Source: Lama guanicoe
Lineage: Eukaryota
NCBI GenBank assembly: GCA_013239625.1
Contig: MU054323.1
Span: forward strand, 1-64,000
DNA length: 64,000 nt
Direction: 5' to 3'
Within the stretch, counting starts at the first letter, position 1, and every line of letters starts with the position of its first letter. Made by a program: the position numbers and the translations under genes. The notes under the pieces were generated by a model, which saw only the letters and a program-made list of their open reading frames with translations, was not told the DNA's origin and searched no databases. Of this stretch, positions 1 through 13,344 are shown piece after piece.

Positions 1-3000
1 CACACACACACGATCCTGACGTGCTGGGAGGGCCAAACGTAACACTACAAACTGATTCCAAGAAGAATTATAAGTAGTTTATTAAGAAGCGTCTTCAATC
101 TAGTAAATGTTGGAAGAATCTGCCATCTAGTGGCATAAAACTCCTTAAAGCCAAGGAAAGAAATTTGAAACAATAGAGCAAGAAACTCTTACAGGTGACC
201 TGCTCAATGAACGACCAAATGGGCTTGTGGCATACAACCAGCAAGGAAAGAAAAAGAAAAAAAGAAAGAAAGAAAAACGACATGCCCTGAAATTAAAAGT
301 GCTTCAGACCACGCCTAGCAAAATGAGGGCTCAAAAGCTGTTACCTACTACTTCACGACCTTCTCTTGGGATCACAGAAATGTTCCCAACTTTAATTCAT
401 TTTAATTTGATCTTAAACATTCTTTACTACAAAAAGCTTACTAGTTCAACACTGAAATTTCTGTTAATCTTGGATTTCTTGGATGTCTTTGCCCCTCGTG
501 CCACCCTCAATCCACAGCTGAAGCCAACAATCATCTAAAATCCTAATTCCCACCCAATCATTAGGATGGACAGGCCGCTTCTCTGCAAAAGCACAATGTA
601 ATATTAGTGTGTTCAGCATCCATCTATCTGGTCCATGCCATGTCCACTTTGAATCCTGATTTCAGAACTGTCCAGGTTCTAAAACCAAATTCTCACCTTC
701 TATTTCAATACCAGCAGGTTGAGTTTTGAAGTCTTGCTCAAATTTGTTCTCAGGAAAACAAGTCCTCTCTTTGAAGCCTAGCCCCCCTCTACTGAATGCT
801 GCTAACTGCGGCCTGCCAGGCCTCTCTGACAAGGGGTCTTTCTGCAATGCCTGCTACCGAACCCCCTGGCACAATTCTGCTCTGTTCAATGCCACTTAGT
901 AGTCTGTACCAGACGTCCCGAGCAGCTTGGTAAAACAGCCACGGACTGTCTGCGCCCAGGGCAGTGCCAGCCAAGTGTGGTCAGGGAAGAACGCCTTGGC
1001 TTGAGGTCACACAGCTAACAAGTAGCATGGGTCTCCTGCCTCCTAATCTAGCACATTAGCTTCACAAATATGTTTAGTTTTCTATTTGTTTATAAGACAC
1101 AATGAAGCAGCATTCCTTCATTCCCACAAAGTAAGCTAACGGTGCCTTGATGGTCTGTTTTCAGCTCTCTACTCCCCAGAGAGGACCCCAACAGTGAGCA
1201 TCACTCTCAAGTGCAAGAAGAAATTCAGCCTGGCCCAAGTTACTGCTTAAAAGTGCATTTCCATCAATCTTTGCAGAGGGATTGTGGAGCCGTTCTTAAA
1301 ACCAGGGGGAAAACACCTTCCACAAAATACCTTGCTTAAGATTAATGAAATTCACTGACATACAAAGTTATCATAACGGTTAACTGCAATCAGAACACTC
1401 AGAGAANNNNNNNNNNNNNNNNNNNNNNNNNNNNNNNNNNNNNNNNNNNNNNNNNNNNNNNNNNNNNNNNNNNNNNNNNNNNNGTACCAGAGCACCGAGA
1501 TGAGTCTGTAAGTGGTGCGCTGGGAGAATGACAGAAGACGCACTTTAGTGCTCTCAGCCTATAAAAGGCAAGCAGGAACAGCAGGACGGAAAGTTCGAAG
1601 GGGTCCTTAACAACACAAAATGGTTTATCATGCTCACTTCCCAGCCACATATCACTATACACCTTCTACACTGTAAGTTATTGCCTCCGTCACTAAATGC
1701 TAAGCCACCTGGACACAGAGACTGTCTGTACCCTTCACAGCACTGACCACAGCTGTTTCAACCCACAACCATCTAGCTGCGCACTATGTGCGAAGAACTA
1801 CAGGGACACGAAGATAAATAAGACACAGTCCTTGTCCTTGGTTTAACCTCTCCCACTTCAATTTCCCCCCCTGAGAAATGAAGGGGCTGAGCCAAATGAT
1901 GGGTGAAACTCTTTTCCAGCTCTGACTCTCAAAGAGTCTAAAACTCAAAGCAGGATGGAGGTATCAGACAATAAAGATAAACTGTAAGTGATGGAGCCAA
2001 AAAACAAAAGGAGTAAATTAAATGAGCGGGAGTAAAAGCTGAGGCCAGAGCAGAACAAGGGGCAATCAGAAGGGGTGGTCAGGCCCGTGTGAGGAAAGCA
2101 AGAGAGACACACAGGTGTACCCCCCACATCACCTCCACACACACACACGATCCTGACGTGCTGGGAGGGCCAAACGTAACACTACAAACTGATTCCAAGA
2201 AGAATTATAAGTAGTTTATTAAGAAGCGTCTTCAATCTAGTAAATGTTGGAAGAATCTGCCATCTAGTGGCATAAAACTCCTTAAAGCCAAGGAAAGAAA
2301 TTTGAAACAATAGAGCAAGAAACTCTTACAGGTGACCTGCTCAATGAACGACCAAATGGGCTTGTGGCATACAACCAGCAAGGAAAGAAAAAAGCAAAAA
2401 AGAAAGAAAGAAAAACGACATGCCCTGAAATTAAAAGTGCTTCAGACCACGCCTAGCAAAATGAGGGCTCAAAAGCTGTTACCTACTACTTCACGACCTT
2501 CTCTTGGGATCACAGAAATGTTCCCAACTTTAATTCATTTTAATTTGATCTTAAACATTCTTTACTACAAAAAGCTTACTAGTTCAACACTGAAATTTCT
2601 GTTAATCTTGGATTTCTTGGATGTCTTTGCCCCTCGTGCCACCCTCAATCCACAGCTGAAGCCAACAATCATCTAAAATCCTAATTCCCACCCAATCATT
2701 AGGATGGACAGGCCGCTTCTCTGCAAAAGCACAATGTAATATTAGTGTGTTCAGCATCCATCTATCTGGTCCATGCCATGTCCACTTTGAATCCTGATTT
2801 CAGAACTGTCCAGGTTCTAAAACCAAATTCTCACCTTCTATTTCAATACCAGCAGGTTGAGTTTTGAAGTCTTGCTCAAATTTGTTCTCAGGAAAACAAG
2901 TCCTCTCTTTGAAGCCTAGCCCCCCTCTACTGAATGCTGCTAACTGCGGCCTGCCAGGCCTCTCTGACAAGGGGTCTTTCTGCAATGCCTGCTACCGAAC

Positions 3001-3544
3001 CCCCTGGCACAATTCTGCTCTGTTCAATGCCACTTAGTAGTCTGTACCAGACGTCCCGAGCAGCTTGGTAAAACAGCCACGGACTGTCTGCGCCCAGGGC
3101 AGTGCCAGCCAAGTGTGGTCAGGGAAGAACGCCTTGGCTTGAGGTCACACAGCTAACAAGTAGCATGGGTCTCCTGCCTCCTAATCTAGCATATTAGCTT
3201 CACAAATATGTTTAGTTTTCTATTTGTTTATAAGACACAATGAAGCAGCATTCCTTCATTCCCACAAAGTAAGCTAACGGTGCCTTGATGGTCTGTTTTC
3301 AGCTCTCTACTCCCCAGAGAGGACCCCAACAGTGAGCATCACTCCCAAGTGCAAGAAGAAATTCAGCCTGGCCCAAGTTACTGCTTAAAAGTGCATTTCC
3401 ATCAATCTTTGCAGAGGGATTGTGGAGCCATTCTTAAAACCAGGGGGAAAACACCTTCCACAAAATACCTTGCTTAAGATTAATGAAATTCACTGACATA
3501 CAAAGTTATCATAACGGTTAACTGCAATCAGAACACTCAGAGAA
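1..3544. repeat. Near-identical direct duplication, 1-1406 vs about 2138-3544, flanking the N gap
   Basis: Offset 2137-2138 nt; the same ORFs recur at 662/2800 and 789/2927; only about 3 substitutions and one A-tract difference seen by eye. Confidence 0.97.
1407..1483. other. Assembly gap (77 N)
   Basis: Run of N seen directly. Confidence 0.99.
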
Positions 3545-5887
3545 CGAGAGACGGAGAGACTGGTTGATTAAGCTGCTGAACAGATTTAAAACTATACAAA
3601 GGTCTCAAAGGCCCATTTAAATATAACTGTAACATAATGAGAATTAGCCCCTCCTATCAAAGAACTGTCAATCATAGGGGTGATGGATGGGTCACAGCTG
3701 ATTTACAAATAATTTAACTTTTTTCAATGCTAGGCCAAAAAAGGTCAAACTAATAAAGCACTATTTTCGACTTAAAAGACAGCCAGCTGGAGGCTGCCAA
3801 GGACCAAGATACTCCTGAGTCGCAGTACCTGTAACATATCTGGATGAAAACAGATCACAGGGCACAGCCAAGATTTCCACCTCCCTGCCTCCCCACCTCC
3901 CCAGAAATAAATGCCTATGAAGCCAAAAAAAAAAAAAGATTAATCTGTGAAGCTCAGCAAGTCTTTTCCTTCACACCTAAGGACTGTCACCTCCACCGAG
4001 ACAATGCAGCTTCTCCACAGACAACAGCACCCCTTCCTTTCTCTTCAAAACACCAACCTGAACTTATGGAAGGAAGAATTTCTCACACTGGAGGAATGAG
4101 AATTTGAAAGGCAAAATGGAAAGCTCCTTAATATGTTGCTCTATTACTGACATTCATACTTCCCAGGGACAAGGCCGCACATTAATCTCTCAGATGTCAG
4201 TGTCCCCTGCATTATCCAAGGCAAGTGCAGGCTCGCCCTGAAGCGGGAGATAATCAACATTATAAGATCATGACTGTACTACACACTCCTTTTCTAGGAG
4301 CAATCCTTCACAAAATTATTAATCTCACCTAGCTAGGGTTTATGAAAAATTTCCCAGTGCAATTTATGCCCAACTGCTCCTCCAGCTGTCACTATAGTGT
4401 GTCTTTTTACACATCAATGCCCTGATTCTCAAAGAATATATATGACCTTAGGAACCTGAGAGAAAGATGCGCAATTTGATGGCACTGTAACGGCTGTAAA
4501 GGTCCACTGATTAGCTTCCGAAAGCATTTCATAGATCTATATTTGGAACTTACACTCTATGAGAGAACAAAATTTACCCGTGCCCTTGGGTAAACCTTTA
4601 ATGTAGAGAACTATGAACACTATCTTCTCCACAAGATCAAGTTTAAACATTTGTGGGACGAACCAAATTTCCCTAGACAAGGGTGACGTATTACAGAGAC
4701 TGTGGTCCCTCCCCATTCTCTACTGCACCCCTTCCTTTCTACGCCCTCTTCTACTGTTTTCCTCACATTTTGTGCCAGTGAAGTTATCATCATGTCCTCA
4801 GAGCTCATTTACACAATAAACATTTTTGATCCCCCCACTAAGTACTTGCTATTTATTCATAATACTCCCTTTAACCCACGAGTGTAAAGGACCCATGTAT
4901 TTAAAATGCTTAGAGTTTAGGGGAAATGAGAGACCCACACGAGATGACCTAATCAGGATACACAGAGCACAGCCCTTTAACACTTGAGCATGCTATTACT
5001 TACAGGTATTCCTCAGTGTCCCCTAAAATTAAAACAGCTTTCTAAAGATGATCTCCAATTCCACCTTCTGAGCCTTCCCCAGAATAGCAGAAATCCCCAC
5101 CAGTGCACGCTTAGGAGAACGCAGTAACCACCTACTCTTTAGCCAGTTCACTCCCACCTAGCTTGCCTGTAAGTAGCTGAGTTGACACCCTAGCTTATTA
5201 GTCCTTGCAAATGTTGTCTCAGGTTCTTTCTGTAGGATCTGTATTTGGCCTAAAACATAGTTGACTAAAAGGAAAAAAAACCTAATCATCCAAATGTTTG
5301 GGCTCTTGCTTTGTACAACCATGACATATATTATTAATCAAACCTGGTTCTTCCCCATTGACTCTATGAAACATGGGTATCTTTATTAACACAAAGATAA
5401 AAGTATGCAAATGAATGCCTGCTTAAAAGATCTTTCTTTTTCTTTCTTATTCATTCCTTTATTTACTACACTTTTACTGAGGGCGATTTATAGTCCATGA
5501 AACTCAAAGCCATGAGACATCTTTAAGGGTAATGGAAATATTCTAAAACTGATTATAGTACTGGTTGCACAACTCTATTTATTTACTAAAATCATTGAAT
5601 TTTACACTTAAAATTAGTATCAAAGAATCATCAAGGATTCTGAGAATGGATGGCTTCTGAAAAGAGGCCAAGAAAGGAGACATGTTTTCAAACTTTAGTC
5701 TATGCTGAGATGTAATTGAGGATCTAGAAAGAATTACCTTCAAACACTAATTATCTGTGTATTTTATCAAGGAATTTTTGGAGATTCCCAGTTGAAAAGT
5801 CAGATTTTGTTTATAGAAATTTACAGTAAAATTAGAATTAAAATCTCAAAAGAAAGGTGTTGAAAGCGTGTCATTTAAAAATATATA

Positions 5888-6378
5888 TAGTAGTCCCACT
5901 TATCCACAGTTTCACCTTCGGCAGTTTCAGTTGCCCACAGTCAACTGCAGCCCAAAAGTATGAAACGAAAACTTCCAGAAATAAACAATTCGTCAGTTTT
6001 AAATGGAATGCAATTCTTGCACCTTCCCGCGCCATCCTGCTCCATTCTGCCCGGGAGGTGAATCATCCCTCCGGCCAGTGTACCTCACATTTAGTCACTT
6101 AGTAGCCATCCAGGTTATCAGGTATCGACTGTCAAGGTACCACAGTGTCTGTGTTCACATAACCCTTATTTTATTTAATAATGGCCCCAAAAAATAAGAC
6201 TAGAGATGCTGGCAATTCAAATATTCTCTTTCTAGGCCTAACTTATAAACTAAACCTTATCATAGGTGTTATGTATGGGAGAAAACATGGTGTATAAAGG
6301 GTTCAGTATCACCTGCAGTTTTGGGCATCCACTGGGGGGTCCTGGAACATATGCCTCATGGATAAGGGGAGACGACCA
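5888..6378 (+). mobile_element. Tigger-family non-autonomous DNA transposon (MER44-like)
   Basis: Termini TAGTAGTCCCACTTATCCACAG .. CATGGATAAGGGGAGACGAC are degenerate inverted repeats resembling MER44/Tigger7. Confidence 0.8.
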
Positions 6379-8613
6379 GGCATAGGTGAAGTCTTGTATT
6401 TAAATGAACTCCCATTACATGGGTGTCCTTACTTGTGAATGTATGACTCCCTAAACAGACGGTACACTCCTGGAGGGCAGGCACTACATCTGAATCTCCA
6501 CCACCACACACGGTACCCACCTGTACCAGAAGTTTAATGTCATCCTTCTAAGAATGCAGAGGAGGTATATGAGATGCCTCTTAGCCGGAATCAGGGTACA
6601 ATACAAGCCAAGACTAAGAGAACACTGAGAACAGAAAACAAAAGGCAGGGAAGTGCTGGCTGGGGCAGGTGTAGGAGGGAGAGTAGGACTGGAATACGAG
6701 GCAGTCAGGAGAGGGTAAAATGAATTCATTAGGCTGTGAGTTTGAATATGTAAAAAGAAAATAGCCAAAATCAGCAAATCCACAGAGCTTATCCCAAAGC
6801 TTCTCAATTAACTTTTGTTTCATATTACCCAATCTACCACCTGAGTTTTTCTTCAACCATGTTTATGGCATCAAGCAAAACGAGGAATTTCACTTGTGTA
6901 TTACCAATTTATCTCAACTCCACTCTGGCTGATTTATTTCACGTTTGTAAAATCTTTGTGGATGATAAATATCACATGCTCACCCTACTAGAGTAGCTAA
7001 ATTTTTTAAAATGTGATGAATATTTCAAGCTCCTTTCGTTAAACAAAGACCACATAATGGAAAATATAAACAAACTAGCAATATTTTTATCATGCACAGA
7101 AGGGCATTTACACATACTCCTTGCTTTATAACAGTTTTCATTCAGAAATCTTAATGCAATCATCCATCTCCAAGTTGACTGCTACCCAAAATTCTAATGA
7201 TTGCAGAACCAAGAAGAGGCCCTCCTTCTACAGTTCCGTAACATATTTACCTTTTCAAAATTTTTATTTTGAGACCACTTTCCCAGAAATACCTTTATTT
7301 ACTTACATCCTAGGCCAAAAAGTAAAAACCTTAAAGAAGTAATAAATGTAATCTGACTTAAGACAAATTACTAGCATGTAATAACTATTTAGCATATGAT
7401 TATTTTCAAACCTATGGTCCCAAGTGAACCACACTTACCCTCCTGAAGGAAAAAACAAACCTAATATTGACCTTTGTAATAAGTCAAGACAACGGAGTAG
7501 TCACTGTGAAATACACTAAACAAAACAAAAAACTAGCAAAGATTAAGATATAAAATATACTTCTTTCAAAAGAGCCAAGAAAAATAAAACAAAACAAAAA
7601 TGTGGAGAATGCAGAATACAAAAACAGAAGAAAAGGAAAAGAGAAAAGAAAAATCGAAAGAAAGAAACATAGTAATTCTTCCCTCCTCAGAAAAATCCAA
7701 GGAGCCAACAGATGGCGAAGTATCAATCAACCACCAACAGAGCTCCTGAACCAGAGGTGACTGCTTTTACAAAGATCTATGCTACATGTATTTGATGCCT
7801 TCACTCATCTGACATTCTAATTGGAAAAATATCTATTCCTCAAAATAGAAAAAATTCAGTACATATAAATAGATATCTATATTTATATCTGTATCTATAC
7901 GTATCTATCTCTCTCTCTATATATATATGTGGTGCCCAAAGTGTGGCACAGAACAGCAATTCTATGTCTGAAAATGAAGAGGCCCTAGTTGCCTGTGGCC
8001 TGAACTAGCACACTGTCATCTGTAAGTCACCCAGCCACTAGTATCTCCCAACTACCCGTCAACATTCCTCAAACCATAGCTGATCATGTTTCCTCATCTC
8101 AAGAATCTGAGTCCCTAAAGAGAAAGCCACGCCATGCTGCTGATTACCTGACCTCAACCTGCCTTTCCAATGCCCTATCTCCCACCACAACCATCACCTC
8201 TCCTCCCCTCTCACACACACCCTACAGGGCCAGCCAAGCTACAACACTTGAAATCTCCCAAAAATACACTGTGGCTTCCCGCCTCTTGTCACTTCACAAT
8301 GTCACTCTGTCTAGAACACTCAACATATCCAGATTATATCCATTCTCCATAGTAAGTCCTAATGTCACTGGCCATCCTTCAAAAAAAGTGTATCTCCTTT
8401 ATCTGGATCCCCACATCACTGCATCTCATCACTACAGCTGCACTTTTTTAAGGCCCTTACTTCTTTCTAGCTTACATTCCTATTATATACGTACATACAC
8501 ACGTTTTATCTATATATACAAACATACATATTTAAGTAAAGAAATATGTATTTGAAATTATAAATACGACATATATTATAAGTATACACACACACACACA
8601 CATACTAGATACA

Positions 8614-8836
8614 CAGTTGACCCCTGAACAATGTGGAGGTTAGGGGCACCAACCCTCAACCCTAGCAGTCAAAAATCTGTGTATAACTTTTAACAGTCGG
8701 CCCTCCCTGTGCACACATGCATGTAGTCCTCAACCAACTACAATTCATGTATTACTGTAGTATGCATGCAGTGAAAAAAAATCCATGTGTAACTGGATCT
8801 GAGCAGCTCAAACTCACGTTGTTCAAGGGTCAACTG
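8614..8836 (+). mobile_element. Tigger2-family MITE
   Basis: TIRs CAGTTGACCCCTGAACAA / TTGTTCAAGGGTCAACTG (17 of 18 match), followed by TA. Confidence 0.85.
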
Positions 8837-9814
8837 TATATACATATATATGTAATGCATGTATATATTATTTCTCATTCAAGAATATGAAACCTTGAAG
8901 TCCAGACTGCTCTTCATCTTTATATCTTCCACAAAGCTAACACTGTGTGTTGCACACAGCAGGCCACAATAAATAAGACAGCAATAATGGAAAACAGGCC
9001 GGCTAAAATAGAACAGACTTCCTACTTCATCAATCTCCGTAATACAGACAATTCCTCTGACAGAACACATATACTTTTTTAGGAGACAGCAGATTCACTT
9101 TTTTAATGTATGTAAGTGCTGAGAAAAAAAGATATTAATAACTATGCATTAAAACAACAAAAATAAGTTGAACTAAACCAAGAAAAGGCCTTAAGAGAGC
9201 AAAGACCAAATCTCATTTGACCATAATAAAACACGGTTTCAAAGATGTAAATGTAAAGAAATAGGTCACATTCAACAGAAATCACCCAGCAATTGGAGTG
9301 TCATGGCTGTGATACATGCACTGTCTAGGCTTAGCAAAATTCACAACAGAGCTGATCACGTCAAAGCAAAATATATTCTATCCCCTTTCTAGTAGCAAAA
9401 TTTTAATTCAAGACTTAATGTGAAGCTATGCAAGGAAAATGTAAGACCTGAAATATAAAAACAAACATTAAAAAGCCAAACTTTGTATAAGAAGTTGACA
9501 AGAATAAAAAACAGCACAATCTTCTTATTCTCCTAATGTGTTTTTTATAATCAAAAGAAATGTTTGATTTAAGAAAATGTAATTATTTGCAGCATGTACA
9601 ATTACATTGAATTTTATAAAATGTGAAGAACTCAACTCTGCGTGTGATCACTCAACCTCATCTAGAGTAAAACAAAGGTCTATTATCATTTCAGATTATT
9701 TATTGCATTTAGCATATTCTTTTCTGATTTTTTAATTTTTTCATTGGCTAGACTTTTGAAACTGATTTTCAAATTTCTTAATATATCAACTGACTCTTCA
9801 AGACAGTATCTACA

Positions 9815-9997
9815 TACACATTACTATACATAAAATAGATAAACAACAAGGATCTATTACAGCACAGTAAACTATGTTCAATTTCTTGTAATAACATACA
9901 ATGGAAAATAATCTGAAAAAAGAAAGTATATGTATAACTGAATCACTTTGCTATATACCTGAAACTAACACTGTAAATCAACTACACTTCAATAAAA
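9815..9997 (+). mobile_element. Short L1 3'UTR insertion with 15-bp TSD
   Basis: Similar to the 3' end of the L1 at 53450-53640; flanked by AAGACAGTATCTACA (9800-9814) and AAGACAGTGTCTACA (9998-10012). Confidence 0.88.
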
Positions 9998-10129
9998 AAG
10001 ACAGTGTCTACACAAATTAAGAAAAAATAAACAGTATTATTTATTCAGTGCTATCATTTCCTGAATACCTACTATGTATTTAATCCTCAAAACAACTAGT
10101 GGCTCACTGAATACTCATTTCAGTTCCTT

Positions 10130-11975
10130 TTGCTCTTTCTTAAGAGAGATTCTTAAAATAACTACAGGGAAATTCTAGAAATGAGAAATAAAAATTGAAA
10201 CTGAAACACAACTAGTTTAAAAAAGAGATGAGGCACTGAAGAATTAGTAAATTAGAAAACAGATCAGAAAAATTAACCAGAATACAGGGTTTTTTTCTAA
10301 AACAGGATCATATGTATAATTAACTCATTATATTTATAATAGAACTCAAAAGTGCTTCAAACCACTTTCTTCATTAAGTATACAACTATACAGAAAAAAA
10401 TCTTCTACTTCTCTTTTTCAACAACAACAAAGGGAAAAAAAGAGAATGAGAAAATTAAAGGTGAGTCCAGGAAACTCAGTATCTAGATAACAGCCATTTT
10501 GGAGAGAAAAGAGGAATCAGAAGGAAAGAAATAATCAAAGAACTAATTCAATTAATTTTCCCAAAAGTGAGTATTCAAAATGAATGGTCAATACTATGGA
10601 TATAAAGGCATAACACAGCCAAATTTCAGAACACTGAGGGAAAAGAAAGAAAATCTCAGCTTTGAGAGAGAAGGGGGACCAAAAAAAAAATAGGCAAAGA
10701 AAAATGGATTTTTACACCTGAGTGACATCAGAATTCTCAGGAACAACACTAGAAGCTACAAGACAACTGAGCAATACTTCCAAAATTCAAAGACAAAATT
10801 ATTTCTAACCTACAATTCTATCCAGCCAAATCATCGATTAAACATTAAGATAGACTAAAGCCATTTTTAGACAAACAAGGCCTCAAAAAATATACTTCCC
10901 ATGTACCCTTTCTCAGAAAGTTATAGAAGGTGGTGATTCACCAAACAACCAAAGGAATCAACTAAAATAAGCTAGAAGTGGTCACCTTTGGAAAGCAAGA
11001 AACTGGGTGGAGGAGGAAGTTTTCCAACTATTTAACATTTCGAATTATGTACAGAGATAACTCATAAAATCAAAGGTAAATTATAAGGGAAAAAAAGAGA
11101 AGCCACTTGTTGGGAGAGGATACTCATCATGTATGTAGTCAACCCAGAATTAATATCCAGATTATAGGCAAATATCAAGACCAAACATCCAATAAAAAAA
11201 TAAATGAAACAAAAAAAGAATTTCATAGATGAGGAAACATGAATGGCCAATAACATGAAAAGCTTCTCAATATCATCAGCAATCAGAGAAATCAAATAAA
11301 ACTACAATGAGTTATTCTTTTACACCTTCTAGATCAGTATTTAAAAGTCTAACATCATCAAGAGTTGCCAGTAAGAATGAGAAACAACAAACTTTCACAC
11401 GCTGCTGATGGGACTGTATTTTGGGAGAACCAGTCTGGAAAACATTTGCATTACCTAATAAAGTTGACGATGTATTTACCCAAAAATTCAGCAATTCTGT
11501 TCCAAGTTACATATCCTGCAGAAACTCTTGCACACGTGTGAGAGGAATGCACAATAATTTTGGCCACAGTACTATTTTTATAACCAAAAAACCAAATTTC
11601 TACTGGAAACAAATCAAATTTTCATCTACAGAACAGATAAATATGTTGCAATATATTCCCCAAATAAAATATTCTAATACTACTTAAAAATGAACTAGAA
11701 CAACATACAATAAAGCAAGTCACAAAGCAAGACTTGTATGTCTCCTGGATGATGCCATTTATATAGTCAAAGAGCAAAACCAAATATGCATAAGTGATAA
11801 AACTATAAAGAAAGCAACAGAATGATAAACAAAATTTAGGACAGCAGTTATCTTTAGGGAGTAAGATGGGATGGGATTAGGGAAGGACAAATGGGACTTC
11901 ATCATGTGTGTGTGCGTGTGGCAAGTGGTGTATTCTTTGGTACTATAAATGTTTTATAATAAAATTCTAAATAAA
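10130..11975 (+). mobile_element. Old degraded LINE-1 (L1M-type) fragments
   Basis: A-rich plus strand with ORF1-like and 3'-end-like remnants (AATTCTATCCAGCCAAA, AATGGCCAATAACATGAAAAG); boundaries approximate. Confidence 0.7.
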
Positions 11976-12321
11976 ACACAAGGACAGACCCATGATTGAA
12001 AAGAATACAAAACTTGCATACATTTTCAACCAAAAAACTTTAAGTCCGCTGAGGGTCAGAGAGTTTAAGGACTTACCAAGAGAGTTAAGTCTCAAAATTC
12101 AGAACTCAAGCTAGGTTTGTCTGACTCAAAATTTGACAACCTTCTCTTTTAGACAAACAAAAAGTTAGCTTGGCTAATCTATAAAATATATATAAATTTC
12201 ATTTTCAAATAACAAAATTAAAAGAGAAATTATTCGAATTAAAAATGCCAAAAGTTTCAGGTGACCATCAATGTAGAGGGCAAATACCTGGAGCAGTGGC
12301 ATCCATGAAGAGTGGGACATA

Positions 12322-12770
12322 CAGATACACCTCATTTCTCTGTGTTCAGCTTTATGACGGTTCACAGACACTGTATGTTTTACAAACTGAAGGTCTGTGG
12401 CAACCTTGAGTATGAAGAGCAACTCTATCAATGCCATTTTCCCAACAGCATTTGCTCACTTCGTGTCTCTGTCACATTTTGGTAATTCTCTCAATAATGA
12501 AAAAGTTTGGATTATTATTATATTTGTTATAGTGATAAGTGATCAGTGATCTCTGACGTCACTATTGTAATTGGTTTTTGTTCTGTTTTACTAAGGTATG
12601 CACATTATTTTTTTAGACATAATACCATTGCACACTTAGACTACAGTAGACTGTAAACATACTTTTACAGACACTTGAAAATCAAAAAATTCATGTGACT
12701 TGCTTTGTTACAATATTCTCTTTATTGGGTGGTCTGGAACTGAATCCACAATATCTCTGAGGTCTGCCTG
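12322..12770 (+). mobile_element. Internally deleted Tigger1 derivative
   Basis: TA-CAGATACACCTC..GAGGTCTGCCTG-TA; both ends resemble Tigger1; TA target duplication on both sides. Confidence 0.85.
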
Positions 12771-13213
12771 TAGTTTGAAGACTCAACTGTGCAATAACCA
12801 ATGCAGCCCTAATTTGCCACGAAAGCAAAGAGAAGGGGAGAACACCCCCCGAGGCCCTTGTATGCAAGGGCGTTTTGTATGCACTGTTTTGTTAGACCTC
12901 TCAACGATGCTAGGCGTTAGGCACTATCTTCATTTTACAGACAAGAAAAACAAGACTCAGAGAGCTAAGGGAGAAGACAGTCCTCAGTGGATATTCCCTG
13001 CACCCCTTCCGGCTCAGAGAAGCTCAGTCTGCCAGGCGGACGAGCAGGAGTGTTCCGAAGATGACTACAACAACACTACAGACACTGAGAGCACTATACA
13101 TAAGAGGAGGAAACGAAGAAGCCAAAAGAAAAATCAGAACAATTGCTTCTCTCTGAAACTGTGCCAACATCCACCTAATACTCCACCAAATATGAGAGCA
13201 AATGGTTGCTTAC

Positions 13214-13312
13214 CTGTGTCCAGGATGGTAAACAGCGGTGTTGATTCCATGAGGATAATGACTACTGAAGCTGAAACAGTGACTCTCCTGATAGCTCTGA
13301 TTTGTTCCAACA
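13214..13312 (-). CDS. NBAS: NBAS coding exon 9 (gene continues beyond the window start; exon 10 not seen)
   Basis: atttag/T..AG/gtaagc; 99 nt; VGTNQSYQESHCFSFSSHYPHGINTAVYHPGH(R). Confidence 0.95.
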
Positions 13313-13344
13313 CTAAATTTAAGAAGATAAATAATAAACACCAT

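Noticed and set aside
227..2676. Duplicated 103/114-aa ORFs suggesting a tandem gene pair
   Set aside because: They are the same intronic sequence seen twice in the gap-flanking duplication; the Lys-rich start comes from an A-tract.
1..13213. Searched for NBAS exon 10 (recalled as LLLVGGCE..SAWRVLSGSP)
   Set aside because: No match found by eye; it probably lies left of the window, though a miss cannot be excluded.
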